Assembly (NCBI GenBank): GCA_964648855.1 | Contig: CAZYLT010000004.1 | Coordinates: 109,532 to 141,531 of the forward strand | Source: an uncultured archaeon | Lineage (GTDB): Archaea > Asgardarchaeota > Thorarchaeia > Thorarchaeales > Thorarchaeaceae | Direction: 5' to 3' | DNA length: 32,000 bases | Shown here: in pieces, positions 19,583 through 29,315 of the stretch | How the letters are laid out: each line of letters opens with the position of its first letter | Position numbering within the stretch: the stretch's first letter is position 1 | Translations under genes and position numbers: made by a program | Notes under the pieces: generated by a model | What the model saw: only the letters and a program-made list of their open reading frames with translations | Told to the model about the DNA's origin: nothing | The model's database searches: none

Positions 19583-20449
19583 TCATTCTTTTTGGTGATA
19601 GCCTGATTTGGTAATGAATTCACCGACTGAGTCATTAAGAAGTGCAAGGCTTGCAATCATTGCTTCTTCCAACCTGACTGTTTCTGTGCCTTGGTCAGGA
19701 ATCGTATTTACCCAGAAGTCGATGTTATCCTTAATCCTATCCAATTGTTTTTGCCCTAATTCTCTCACCCCATGTGTAGGCCCTCCAAAGATGGAAATCA
19801 CATCTGTTGTTCCTTTAATGGTCGAAGCCAAACTTGACCTAATCCTGTTAAAGGGTACCCCTTCTCGAGAGAATACAATCCGTGTTGCATTGCCTCTCTG
19901 AATGAGATATTCTGAAAAGTTATCCACATCGTCTATTTCAAAACCAAAGTAGATTTCAGTATCTGTTCTCTGTACCTTTTCAATCCGAATCTCGGGTTTT
20001 ATTCTTATTATTCTGAATAATGCCATTTCACGATCATTAATGTGGTGAGGATAATCAATACCCTTGGTAAGGCCAATATCCACCTTTCCATCTTCTCTTC
20101 GAATCCCCCAACGCATTTCACTTTCTTCTACTTGCGATGGATTTGCATTTATGGGGTGACTCATCGTTCGAAGTGGAGGAAGTATTCCTGCATATTTCAG
20201 AGAGGGAGTATGGGGAAAAATCCGTTTTCTCAAATATTGGGGTGTATCAAGATATTGGAGAAGACGGAGAAGCAAATCTCGATCTCTTCTATCTCGAGGC
20301 GAAAGGGCATTTGTTTTGTAAACAATGACCCTCTCAACTCTAAAGACAGCTAGGGCTCTTCCAATGATTCCCATTTTTGCTGTTTTCTGGCGGAGATCAG
20401 AACAGTCCGTGAGCGATGTATCCGGGAGTGCAACCTCAAGCAATTTCAA
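19583..20449 (-). CDS. SPOUT-family RNA methyltransferase (MTH1/SPOUT1-like)
   Basis: IGRALAVFRV, TPQYLRK, GILPPLRT.SH and NTIPDQGTETVRLEEA motifs. Confidence 0.88.
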   Translation of the reverse strand: MKLLEVALPDTSLTDCSDLRQKTAKMGIIGRALAVFRVERVIVYKTNALSPRDRRDRDLLLRLLQYLDTPQYLRKRIFPHTPSLKYAGILPPLRTMSHPINANPSQVEESEMRWGIRREDGKVDIGLTKGIDYPHHINDREMALFRIIRIKPEIRIEKVQRTDTEIYFGFEIDDVDNFSEYLIQRGNATRIVFSREGVPFNRIRSSLASTIKGTTDVISIFGGPTHGVRELGQKQLDRIKDNIDFWVNTIPDQGTETVRLEEAMIASLALLNDSVGEFITKSGYHQKE

Positions 20450-20457
20450 GTCCCTCC

Positions 20458-20886
20458 TCAGAGATCCAAAGTAAATGTTATTGTAATAACCTCGTCTTCT
20501 TCATCTATTGATAGATCAGCGTAAGTCATAGCTTTGACCTCGGTTCGGGTATCATGTTTATCCAAATCTATCTCTTCACCCCAAATACGGGCGGTGAGTG
20601 AATATTCATCATTCTTGGAGATCTTGATTACTTCAAATTTGCAATAGAATTGATAGTTGATATCTACCTCGGCAAGGAGTTGGGTGATCCAATCGACGAG
20701 CAAATCTGACAGTTCAGTGCCTCCTGCTTCAATCTCAATCTTCTGTTTTGGTTCAACAGTTGAAGTATCCAACATGACTTCAAACGTACCCATGGCAGCC
20801 TGTTCGAACGCCTCTTCCATCGTTGGTGCCCAACACTCCACAGTAATGTCGGCTGTATGTTCATGATATTTGAAACCCGGCTGCAA
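20458..20886 (-). CDS. Archease (RtcB tRNA-ligase activator)
   Basis: EHTAD and EVKAMTY motifs, C-terminal TLDL; GGAGGT upstream of the TTG start. Confidence 0.93.
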   Translation of the reverse strand: MQPGFKYHEHTADITVECWAPTMEEAFEQAAMGTFEVMLDTSTVEPKQKIEIEAGGTELSDLLVDWITQLLAEVDINYQFYCKFEVIKISKNDEYSLTARIWGEEIDLDKHDTRTEVKAMTYADLSIDEEDEVITITFTLDL

Positions 20887-20978
20887 TGAATATGACCTCC
20901 TTTGTCGTTAACCACTACATGAAGCTTAAAAGGCATTCTCACGGCATGAATTCAGCAGTCATATGACTGAGATTTGAA

Positions 20979-21066
20979 GCCGAGGTAGCCAAGCCTGGAT
21001 TAAGGCGCTGGTCTTGAAAACCAGTGTCCGCTGGACTCATGAGTTCGAATCTCATCCTCGGCGCCA
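20979..21066 (+). tRNA. tRNA-Ser (anticodon UGA), intron-less, CCA encoded
   Basis: Acceptor GCCGAGG/CCTCGGC; anticodon arm CTGGT-CTTGAAA-ACCAG; long variable arm; T-arm ATGAG-TTCGAAT-CTCAT; G73 then CCA. Confidence 0.97.
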
Positions 21067-21097
21067 ATCTTGTTTAGCCTTCTAAGGTTCATTCAGA

Positions 21098-22708
21098 TTA
21101 GAGCGACTTCACCAAATAGGGGCCATCATCTTGAAAGCCCAAATTTCTATAGTAGGGTTTAACCCCGATTCCTGAGTTCACAGCAATTCTTCCGACTCCA
21201 AACTCATCCCTTGAAATTGTTTCTGATGCTTTCACCATCTCTTCTCCCAGACCAAAGTGTTGCCACGCATCTGAATCTCTGTCGCCAATTTCAACCACTG
21301 GACCATAGACCCTGAGTTCTCTTATGATTGCAGTGTCATCAGATAGTTCTGGTCTGTGAGCATCGGAGCTGGGTAGCCTTAATCTCAAAAACCCGAAAAT
21401 AACATCCAACTTACTCGCCTCATAAGACAAGAAGACCTCTTGCCCACCAGATGCCCCGTAGTTTCGTCTTACGAGTTCTATTGAGTCTAGATGAATATCC
21501 ATGTCATTGCGCAGTTGAAAATGCCCAATCTCACGATATCTGATGGTGGGATTCCTCAGATTTTCTTCCTTCATGCGTTCCTGGACCAGTTCACGAAGAT
21601 TTCCCTTGTCAAGACCCGCCTCCACCTGATGCATTGGTATATCTCTCTGCATTCTCTGAATTCTTACATACTCTGGCATCCTAGATACCGCCTTTGAAAT
21701 AAGCGATACCATCTCCTCTGTTGAGTAGGGTTCATACTCTCCACTCTTCCACCAATCATAGAGTTTCGTGTTCTTCACCACGATTGTTGGGTAGATTTTG
21801 AGCTTGTCTGGCCGATATTGCTCATTTTTGAAAATATCATCAAACACCTTGAGGTCACCTTCCAGACTTGATCCAGGGAGACCAGGCATTAAGTGGTAGC
21901 AGATCTTTAGACCACTGTCTCTAAGCAACTGTGTTGCGAGGGCTGTTTCCCTTGTAGAATGTCCCCGCTCTACGTATTCAAGAATATCATTGGACAGTGT
22001 TTGAACTCCAATTTCGACGCGCGTTGCACCCAATCGAAGCATATCATCGATGTTTTCTGGTGTGACCATATCTGGACGTGTTTCGAAAGTAATGCCAACA
22101 TTTCTTCTTTCAGAGGTTTCATTTCGTTGTTTTGCCTGTTCCAGACTCTCGCTCTGTGTATCATTCATAGCGTCAAGACAGCCCTTGACAAAGGCCTCAC
22201 GGTATTCCTTTGATTTTGAACACCAATCACCGCCCATCACAATAAGTTCTATTTTGTTCGTACTATGCCCCGTGGCATCTAACTGTTCTAGCCTTCCTGA
22301 CACCTGTCGGTATGAATCAAAATCATTCTGAATACCTCTCATTGTTGCCGGTTCGTGTCCGGTATAGCTTTGAGGCACGCCTGCATCAGGTCCACCGGGG
22401 CAATAGGCACACTTGCCATGTGGGCAAGCATGGGGCTGGGTCATTGTAGCAACGACCGCTACTCCTGACACCGTTCTGACCGGTCTCTTCTGCAATACAT
22501 GTAGTAGAATCTCAGTTTCTGCCCCTACCGTATCCTGAAGAATGTCTGCGTTAGACGGTATGTCACCTAGACTATACTTCCCGCAAACATCATTTTTGAC
22601 TCGGTTCACTACGCGTTTATTCAGCTCTTCTGGGTATTCAAGCAAAAACTGGATAATTTCCCTGTGCAGTGAATGATTATCCGGTGGGTCTGACATATCT
22701 GACTTCAT
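21098..22708 (-). CDS. elp3: Elp3 radical-SAM/GNAT tRNA wobble-uridine modification enzyme
   Basis: CPHGKCAYCPGG, QSYTGHEPA, ETRPD, KIYPT and QHFGLG motifs. Real start is probably 22708 or 22696 rather than 22783. Confidence 0.95.
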   Translation of the reverse strand: MKSDMSDPPDNHSLHREIIQFLLEYPEELNKRVVNRVKNDVCGKYSLGDIPSNADILQDTVGAETEILLHVLQKRPVRTVSGVAVVATMTQPHACPHGKCAYCPGGPDAGVPQSYTGHEPATMRGIQNDFDSYRQVSGRLEQLDATGHSTNKIELIVMGGDWCSKSKEYREAFVKGCLDAMNDTQSESLEQAKQRNETSERRNVGITFETRPDMVTPENIDDMLRLGATRVEIGVQTLSNDILEYVERGHSTRETALATQLLRDSGLKICYHLMPGLPGSSLEGDLKVFDDIFKNEQYRPDKLKIYPTIVVKNTKLYDWWKSGEYEPYSTEEMVSLISKAVSRMPEYVRIQRMQRDIPMHQVEAGLDKGNLRELVQERMKEENLRNPTIRYREIGHFQLRNDMDIHLDSIELVRRNYGASGGQEVFLSYEASKLDVIFGFLRLRLPSSDAHRPELSDDTAIIRELRVYGPVVEIGDRDSDAWQHFGLGEEMVKASETISRDEFGVGRIAVNSGIGVKPYYRNLGFQDDGPYLVKSL

Positions 22709-22999
22709 CAAAACGGTTCTAGATTTATTATATCCGGTCTGGTAGTTAGGGGGCACCGAATTTGAAGGACTCCTATCATGCATCTGGAATCAGTTTCCAC
22801 AGCCGCAACCAAGCGAAAAAGGAGTATAGCTGGGTGTGCTCAATTTAGGGGGCAGATGTTGGTAGCAGCTGTGGTTGGTACCAAAAATACATCTTGGTGC
22901 TGTCTATTAAGGTCATAAGAATCTAGGGTGCAAAAGGAGCAGCCCATTGGAATAGCCTTATATTATCAGCCTTCGGAATGGGGTTTGAGGAAATAACAG

Positions 23000-23161
23000 A
23001 TGCCTGGATCACATGGATCACTAACAAAGGCTGGCAAGGTTCGAGACCAGACCCCCAAGGTAAAGGGTCGCGAGCGACACACACCAATTCCACGTGTTCG
23101 CAACAAGAAGAACTACATCAAGCGATTTGTCAAGGGTCAAACCGTTGGCGTTCGCAAGTAG
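23000..23161 (+). CDS. rps30e: 30S ribosomal protein eS30 (S30e), 53 aa
   Basis: Manual translation [53 protein letters not shown]; HGSL.KAGKVR.QTPKV is the S30e signature. Below the ORF-track length cutoff. Confidence 0.95.
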   Translation: MPGSHGSLTKAGKVRDQTPKVKGRERHTPIPRVRNKKNYIKRFVKGQTVGVRK

Positions 23162-23205
23162 TTTTGGGATTAATCGCAGGTAAGCTTTCTCTGCCCACCT
23201 GCCTT

Positions 23206-24030
23206 TCAGAATTTTCTTTTAACACCCATTTCATCACGATGGTATTCTCCAAACTCTTGTATTTCTTCAAGCTGTTTTCCTGAGAAGACAGGGCCATCTT
23301 CACATGTTAATACACCATTTGGGTCCATTGAACAGGTGCCACAAATACCACAACCACATTTCATGTACCTCTCAAGTGATGCTTGAAACATGACCCCATG
23401 TTTCCGACTGAGCTGGAATAGTCTATGCATCATCATTTCTGGGCCACAGGAATATATCGAGTCGAATTGTTGTTCATCAATCAGACCTGCTGCAACATCA
23501 GTGGCCAATCCTTCCATTCCTCGTGAGCCATCGTCAGTACAAATATGGACCGTCAAGCTGTTCTTTGGTGCATTCTCAAAATCATAGAGAAGCAATTCGG
23601 AGGCATCCCTCCCCCCAATGATAAGATCTATTCTTCTTTCCTCTTGTACTAACCGGTTCGTGAGTAATCGCAATGGTGCCATGCCTATTCCGCCTCCCAC
23701 CACTAATACTGAATCTCCATGGAAATCGTAACCATTGCCAAAAGGCCCCCTGACACCTATCCAATCATCTACATCAAGAGCACTCAACGCTTTGGTTGCC
23801 TTACCAACTTGCCTGACGGTAAACCCCATTTTTTCGTCATCGAAGTGACATATCCCCATCGGTATCTCATCTACACCTGGGACCCAGACCATCAAGAATT
23901 GCCCCGGAGTCACCTCTAGATTGGGATGATGTATCTTGAAATACAACGTCCAGTCACGGCTATTCTCCTGAACAATATCCATAATCTTAACAGAAACTGG
24001 ATTACCAAGAAGATCTCTGGTATTCATCAT
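23206..24030 (-). CDS. pyrK: Dihydroorotate dehydrogenase electron transfer subunit
   Basis: PGQF, VRGPFGNG, GGGIGMAPL, CGPE and MKCGCGICGTC..C.DGPVF motifs. Confidence 0.93.
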   Translation of the reverse strand: MMNTRDLLGNPVSVKIMDIVQENSRDWTLYFKIHHPNLEVTPGQFLMVWVPGVDEIPMGICHFDDEKMGFTVRQVGKATKALSALDVDDWIGVRGPFGNGYDFHGDSVLVVGGGIGMAPLRLLTNRLVQEERRIDLIIGGRDASELLLYDFENAPKNSLTVHICTDDGSRGMEGLATDVAAGLIDEQQFDSIYSCGPEMMMHRLFQLSRKHGVMFQASLERYMKCGCGICGTCSMDPNGVLTCEDGPVFSGKQLEEIQEFGEYHRDEMGVKRKF

Positions 24031-24956
24031 CTCTTACCTCCTGCAAGCCCTATAATCTCGGAAATGCTTTGAAATCCCTCTCTCGCCAGATACTCTCCTA
24101 CTCCTGTTTTGATATCACAAAAGACTTCAAGTTTCTCCATCACGGCTGTTCCAATCTGAATCGCACTTGCTCCAGCTAAATGCATCTCTACTGCATCTCT
24201 CCATGTAGAAACTCCTCCAACTCCAATAATTGGAATATCAAGAGCTGAATACAAATCATGGATACATCTCACAGCCACAGGAAATAAAGGTGGTCCAGAA
24301 AGCCCTCCAACTGCGTTGCCCAATACTGGTCTTTTCTGAAGTATGTCGATTTTCATGGCTCTTAGAGTATTCACAGCAACAACTGCATCCACTCCTGCTC
24401 TCTGTGCAGCCAATCCCACTCCGACTATATTTGATGCATTTGGTGTGATTTTCACAAATACAGGACAGTCGACCGCATCCGTGACCGCCTTCGCAAACTC
24501 ATATGTGAGATTCGGACTATGCGCAATCTGTGAGATTTCGGCATGGGGACAGGATAGATTGAGTTCTAGGGCTCGAGGGCCAAGCTTACAGGCCTGGACT
24601 GCTAATTCGGTCATGCCATTGACCTTTTCATCGAATATACTGATGACTACAGGTATCTCATTCAAATCGATTGAACCCAGCTCTCTGCTGAATTCCTCGA
24701 TACCCGGATTGGTTAATCCAACAGCATTAAGCAACCCATTATGCGATTCGGCCAAAATAGGCCCCGGATGTCCTCTTCTGGGATACCTTCCAATGGACTT
24801 TGTTACTATAACGTCTGCACCACTATGATATACTCGTGAAATCGATGCCGCTGAAACACCAAGAACCCCTGACGCAAGCCAGTAACCTGATATTTCCAAT
24901 TTTGTTCCCGGCCCAGTACCAACAACTACCGGTAATAAGCACACTGGACAACACAC
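24027..24956 (-). CDS. pyrD: Dihydroorotate dehydrogenase catalytic subunit (class 1B)
   Basis: LASG, TKS, NAVGLTNPG, ELNLSCPH, VKITPN and GGLSG motifs. Start codon uncertain (may be a few codons downstream). Confidence 0.92.
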   Translation of the reverse strand: MCCPVCLLPVVVGTGPGTKLEISGYWLASGVLGVSAASISRVYHSGADVIVTKSIGRYPRRGHPGPILAESHNGLLNAVGLTNPGIEEFSRELGSIDLNEIPVVISIFDEKVNGMTELAVQACKLGPRALELNLSCPHAEISQIAHSPNLTYEFAKAVTDAVDCPVFVKITPNASNIVGVGLAAQRAGVDAVVAVNTLRAMKIDILQKRPVLGNAVGGLSGPPLFPVAVRCIHDLYSALDIPIIGVGGVSTWRDAVEMHLAGASAIQIGTAVMEKLEVFCDIKTGVGEYLAREGFQSISEIIGLAGGKR

Positions 24957-25000
24957 TTATCCGATGTTATCTGTGGATTGTATCAGTAGAGTGAACCCTC

Positions 25001-26227
25001 ATGACCCGATACCTTACGTTGACTCCCTTTGGAATTTTTTTACTGAATGAATCAGGAGAAGTATCTGAAAAAAAGTCATTCTACCCCGATGTTTCGCTTT
25101 CATCTACTGTACTATTCAATTTGAATGAGGGCAACATCGAAGAGATTCCTGCCCCAGTCAATCAATTCCTGACGGGCATTGCACCCGATTCGTTGATTGT
25201 TTCAAATCCGAACCTTGCTGCAGTCTTAAAATCAAACAGCATTGACTCGTTTACTATTGAGGAGGACTCTGATGTTCTGAGGATGTTTAGAAGCACTGAG
25301 GGCACCCATCTCTTGAGAGAAGAGATTGTAGGCTCAAAGGACGATATTGACCAATTCAGGCAGAAGGTTTCTCTTGAGGTGGCTCGAAGAACGATTAGCA
25401 AGGCCATTCAGCAGGAAGACCTCTTGGTCAAAAATGCTGTTGATGCAGTAAACGAGATTGACAAGTCGATTAATATGGTTGCAATGCGATTAAGAGAATG
25501 GTATACCCTTCATTTTCCGTCGCTGTCAGATCTCATCGAAGACCATGAAACGCTTGCCCGTATCATAACCTTGAGTGGAAATAAGACAGAAATCGATTCA
25601 GATCTCCTCGAAAAAGCAGGAGTCAGTGACGAATTAGCAGCTCGCGTTTTGGATTCGTCAGTCACGGACATTGGTGCTCCTTTCTCAAAGCGTGATGTTA
25701 CCGCCATCACATCACTGGCAGAGCTGATACTGACTATGCACTCCCAGCGAAAAGAACTGGAAGAGTACATTACAAATCTCATGCAATCCGTTGCTCCAAA
25801 CATGACTGCCCTAGCAGGGTCTATGGTCAGTGCTAGACTGATCAGTCTAGCTGGATCACTAAAAGATCTGGCACGAAAGCCATCCAGTACCATCCAAATC
25901 TACGGAGCTGAAAAGGCGCTCTTCCGGAGTATGAAGACCAAGGCTACCCCTCCGAAACATGGAGTCATCTTCCAAGTACCATTGATTCACTCTGCTCCAT
26001 ATTGGCAGAGAGGGAAGCTCTCCCGTGCGCTGGCGGGCAAGTTGACTATTGCTGCACGTGTGGATGCATACTCTGACCGCGACATAGGCGACGAATTACT
26101 TGAGGATTTGAATTCCCGAGTTGAAGAGATTAGGAAGCAGTATCCTGAACCTAGCGAAGGAAATGAGAAGAAAAGGGATGAAACCAGGCGAAAATCACCA
26201 AAATCCAAACAAAGAGGGAGAGGCTAA
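25001..26227 (+). CDS. nop5: Box C/D RNP core protein Nop5 (Nop56/58)
   Basis: RLREWY..HFP, APN, PSSTIQIYGAEKALF and PKHG motifs; basic tail. Confidence 0.95.
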   Translation: MTRYLTLTPFGIFLLNESGEVSEKKSFYPDVSLSSTVLFNLNEGNIEEIPAPVNQFLTGIAPDSLIVSNPNLAAVLKSNSIDSFTIEEDSDVLRMFRSTEGTHLLREEIVGSKDDIDQFRQKVSLEVARRTISKAIQQEDLLVKNAVDAVNEIDKSINMVAMRLREWYTLHFPSLSDLIEDHETLARIITLSGNKTEIDSDLLEKAGVSDELAARVLDSSVTDIGAPFSKRDVTAITSLAELILTMHSQRKELEEYITNLMQSVAPNMTALAGSMVSARLISLAGSLKDLARKPSSTIQIYGAEKALFRSMKTKATPPKHGVIFQVPLIHSAPYWQRGKLSRALAGKLTIAARVDAYSDRDIGDELLEDLNSRVEEIRKQYPEPSEGNEKKRDETRRKSPKSKQRGRG

Positions 26228-26230
26228 CAG

Positions 26231-26929
26231 ATGACTGATATTGAACAACACAAGTATCCAGGCGTTTACGTTGCCAAGAGCAAGGGGAGGGCCACTCTTT
26301 GTACACGCAGTCTAGTTGAGCATAAGCCAATTTATGGCGAGAAGATTTTGAAAGAAAATGACGGCGAGTATAGACTCTGGTCCAGACGAAGATCAAAGCT
26401 GGCAGCGGCTATAACAAAGGGGCTTCAAGAAATGCCTATCTTGCCCGGTTCTCGTGTTCTCTATCTGGGAGCAGCATCAGGAACTACGGTTAGCCATGTT
26501 TCTGACATCGTAGGCCACGAAGGTATAGTATATGCAGTCGAGTTTTCACCTCGTGTGGCTCGCAAGCTTGTTCAAATTGCATCGTTTAGACCCAATATTG
26601 TGCCTATCGTTGCAGATGCAAGACATCCTGCGAGATACTCACAATTAGTTGGCGGCCCCATCGATGTTGTCTATCAAGATGTTGCACAGACTCAGCAAGC
26701 CAGTATATTGGTTGACAACCTCAAGAAATTCGGTTCCTTTGGTTCATGGGGGCTTATTGCAATCAAGGCAAAAAGTATTGATTCCACTGCCCCACTGGAT
26801 GAAATCTATCAGAAGGAAATCTCGGTTATGACCGAACTCGGCTTGGAAGTAGTAGAGAACATTGACTTAGCCCCTCTCGAAAAGGATCACCGCTTCTTGG
26901 TGACCAGAGTGGCGGAGGTACGGAGTTGA
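26231..26929 (+). CDS. flpA: Fibrillarin rRNA/tRNA 2'-O-methyltransferase
   Basis: RSKLAA, VLYLGAASGTTVSHVSD, VEFSPR and YQDVAQ motifs. Confidence 0.97.
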   Translation: MTDIEQHKYPGVYVAKSKGRATLCTRSLVEHKPIYGEKILKENDGEYRLWSRRRSKLAAAITKGLQEMPILPGSRVLYLGAASGTTVSHVSDIVGHEGIVYAVEFSPRVARKLVQIASFRPNIVPIVADARHPARYSQLVGGPIDVVYQDVAQTQQASILVDNLKKFGSFGSWGLIAIKAKSIDSTAPLDEIYQKEISVMTELGLEVVENIDLAPLEKDHRFLVTRVAEVRS

Positions 26930-27369
26930 GCCGTTTCTTAGAGCGGATGGTTGAGAAGGAAATAGATTCTGCAAATGATCATCTCCCCGCAAAGTGATTT
27001 TCACTCCTAAATGTTTCCCAGAATGAGAACTACGTCTTCGAAACGAGAGGTAGTAGGGAATTATCTTTCCGGTCAAAGGAAATTGAATGGCTTACCTCAG
27101 AAGTTCCCTAGAAATATCACGACGATTTCTTCATACCCATCGTGATTCTGAGAAGGATTAATCTCCGCCCTGGCACATTTTCCGTGTCTGGGTCCGAGCC
27201 CGAACTCTTTCCAAACCATAAAGTTGTAGGATATGTTGACCTATAATGACTCAAAATGGGCGAATGGAATCCAGTACATAGATATGCCGGTCCTCAAGTC
27301 CACTTCATCAGGAAGAAACTGTCCACTACCTAGGGTTTTAAGACCCCTACTAGGGATGGTCCTGTTTAA
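26926..27369 (+). pseudogene. DUF61/UPF0216-like pseudogene with multiple nonsense codons
   Basis: One frame from TTG 26926 reads MSRFLERMVEKEIDSANDHLPAK*FSL...FRSKEIEWL..VP*KYHDDFFIPIVILRR...GYVDL**...PQVHFIRKKLSTT*. The N.HLP, PIVI.RR and PQV..IR.KL.TT patterns match DUF61 as I recall it. Confidence 0.7.
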
Positions 27370-27451
27370 ATTCTGTCTTGCTTTTATCGTATTCAAAGCG
27401 GTAATATGGCAGCAAACGGTTCACAATTAGATAATCTGAAAAGGCTTCATT

Positions 27452-28438
27452 TTGAAATGGATACAGGTAAAGAGATTGGCACGCGGTAGAACACAGCTGA
27501 TTCAGGATGTGATTGACAACCTAGAGGATGCTGGGTTTACTCTCTCGTCTCAGTGCGATGTACGACCCAGTTGCTTTGATCTTGTAGCCAGAAGAGGTAA
27601 CGAGCTAGTTCTCGTGAAGATTCTCAATAATATCGACGGGCTGAATAGAAATGACGCCTTTGCCCTACAGACTGTTGCTCATTTCTTCAACGCAACACCT
27701 ATCGTTGTGGGTCAAAAAACGCGCCGAGGAGATCTAGATTCTGGCGTAGTATACAAACGCTACGGTGTTACCACAATAACTCCCACTAGTTTGAATGAGA
27801 TAATTGCAGAACAAAAGCTTCCAAGAGAGTTTATCCAGAGAGGCGGGCGTTTTGTAGCCATTGATGGAGCGAAATTAAGAGAATGTCGTAAAACCCAAAA
27901 TATGACAAAAGAGGAACTTGCTAGTCATATTGAGGTATCTACAAGAGCCATTCTTGCCTATGAAAAGGATGAAATGGACCTTAGTGCTGATGTTGCTGAA
28001 CAACTTGAAAAGGTCCTTGAAACAGACCTCATAATTCCGATTGACGTGTTGAGTGGAAATCAACAGACTAAGTCGTTGACCCAAATTCGCACTCCAGATG
28101 ATATCCCAAATCTGGAAAAGCGAGTGAACCAATTCTTCGAGCGTCTTGGAATGAATGTGCTCTGGACTGATAGAGCTCCATTCCACTTGGCGGCAAAGGA
28201 AGAAGGCCCTCCACTGATGTCAGGCGTTGGCTCTTTGGAGAGTTGGGGCCTTCAAAAAAGAATGAAGATCTTGAAGAGCGTTTCAAGTGTCACAGAATCC
28301 AACGCTGTCATAATAGTGGAAGAAGGCAAGATTGATGAGCATGTGTCTGATTTGCCGGTTATTCGACAGCTTGAACTAGATACCATTGAGAAGACTCGTG
28401 ATTTGAAGAATATAATCAAAGAGCGTTCGTGCAACTAA
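27452..28438 (+). CDS. Archaeal Cro/C1-type HTH transcriptional regulator (COG1395-like)
   Basis: CFDLVARR...VKILNNIDG, GVVYKRYG, RGGRFVAIDG then an XRE HTH (LASHIEVSTRAILAYEK); start uncertain. Confidence 0.85.
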   Translation: MKWIQVKRLARGRTQLIQDVIDNLEDAGFTLSSQCDVRPSCFDLVARRGNELVLVKILNNIDGLNRNDAFALQTVAHFFNATPIVVGQKTRRGDLDSGVVYKRYGVTTITPTSLNEIIAEQKLPREFIQRGGRFVAIDGAKLRECRKTQNMTKEELASHIEVSTRAILAYEKDEMDLSADVAEQLEKVLETDLIIPIDVLSGNQQTKSLTQIRTPDDIPNLEKRVNQFFERLGMNVLWTDRAPFHLAAKEEGPPLMSGVGSLESWGLQKRMKILKSVSSVTESNAVIIVEEGKIDEHVSDLPVIRQLELDTIEKTRDLKNIIKERSCN

Positions 28439-29127
28439 TACTCGTCCAAGGCAGTCTGAGCCCCGAATAACTCTTCTCGTATGCGTTTTATTGACTTCCA
28501 AGTTCTTCGGACGACAAGGGGTAAGTCTTCATCGGCCTTCAGAAGCGACTGAATAAATGCAACCGTTTTGGGGTCATTTGGATAACCTGATCCAAAATCT
28601 CCGAATTCTTCATGCATGAGAGAGAGGCGCCTTTCTCTCTCTTCCTTAGCTAGAATGGATGCAGCTGAAACTATGTGATATCGAGAATCTGCTTTGTGTT
28701 CCGAAATAAGTAAACACCCGTCTTTTCCAAGACCTGATTTATCAGCCAAGTTGTCCCCAAATCGTCTGGCATCAACATCTGCAGCATCTACGTATACCTC
28801 AGAAGGACGCAGTCGTTTAAGTACCGCAACGAAACCATCAACTTCTATGTCATTGAGTGATATTCCCTTGGTTCTCAGGCGGTCAATAACCTCTGCTGAT
28901 ATCACTTCGAACTCTACCTTGCCTGCAATCTTCAGAACCTGAGCAGCCAGGTTCCTTCGCCTTTTGGGAGTCAGTGTTTTGGAGTCCCTGACACCAATAC
29001 TGCGTAAATGCCCATTCATATTCTTCTCAAAAAGAACGCCACAAATGACCAAGGGCCCGATTACTGGGCCTCGACCAGCCTCATCTATACCGGCAATACC
29101 TGATAGTTGAGAGTACGCAGTGTTCAT
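28435..29127 (-). CDS. rnhB: Ribonuclease HII
   Basis: GIDEAGRGPVIGPLV, DSKTL, EHKAD, VSAASILAK and GSGYPNDP motifs; PIP-box-like C-terminus QTALDEY. Confidence 0.97.
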   Translation of the reverse strand: MNTAYSQLSGIAGIDEAGRGPVIGPLVICGVLFEKNMNGHLRSIGVRDSKTLTPKRRRNLAAQVLKIAGKVEFEVISAEVIDRLRTKGISLNDIEVDGFVAVLKRLRPSEVYVDAADVDARRFGDNLADKSGLGKDGCLLISEHKADSRYHIVSAASILAKEERERRLSLMHEEFGDFGSGYPNDPKTVAFIQSLLKADEDLPLVVRRTWKSIKRIREELFGAQTALDEY

Positions 29128-29315
29128 AGTTGCAGTTCTATCAGGGTTCTCTTATTACTTTCGTGAATCTGGATGGCGAGGGGTTGACTTTGTGCCGCCT
29201 AATCACGGAATACGAAAAGACTGAACAGTTCAAGCAGATGATTTGGGAGCTTGAAGAGAAAGAAGTGAGAAAATTAGATTGGTATTACTGATATGACTCG
29301 GTTATATCGAAAATG

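Noticed and set aside
20979-21066. tRNA-Sec
   Set aside because: The anticodon is UGA (reads Ser UCA), not UCA, and the acceptor and T stems are the standard 7/5.
22978-23283. 101-aa ORF from the track
   Set aside because: Shadow frame overlapping the real S30e gene and the pyrK 3' end.
26995-27333. Stop-codon recoding in the DUF61-like frame
   Set aside because: TGA, TAG and TAA all occur, and all three serve as normal stops for other genes in the window.
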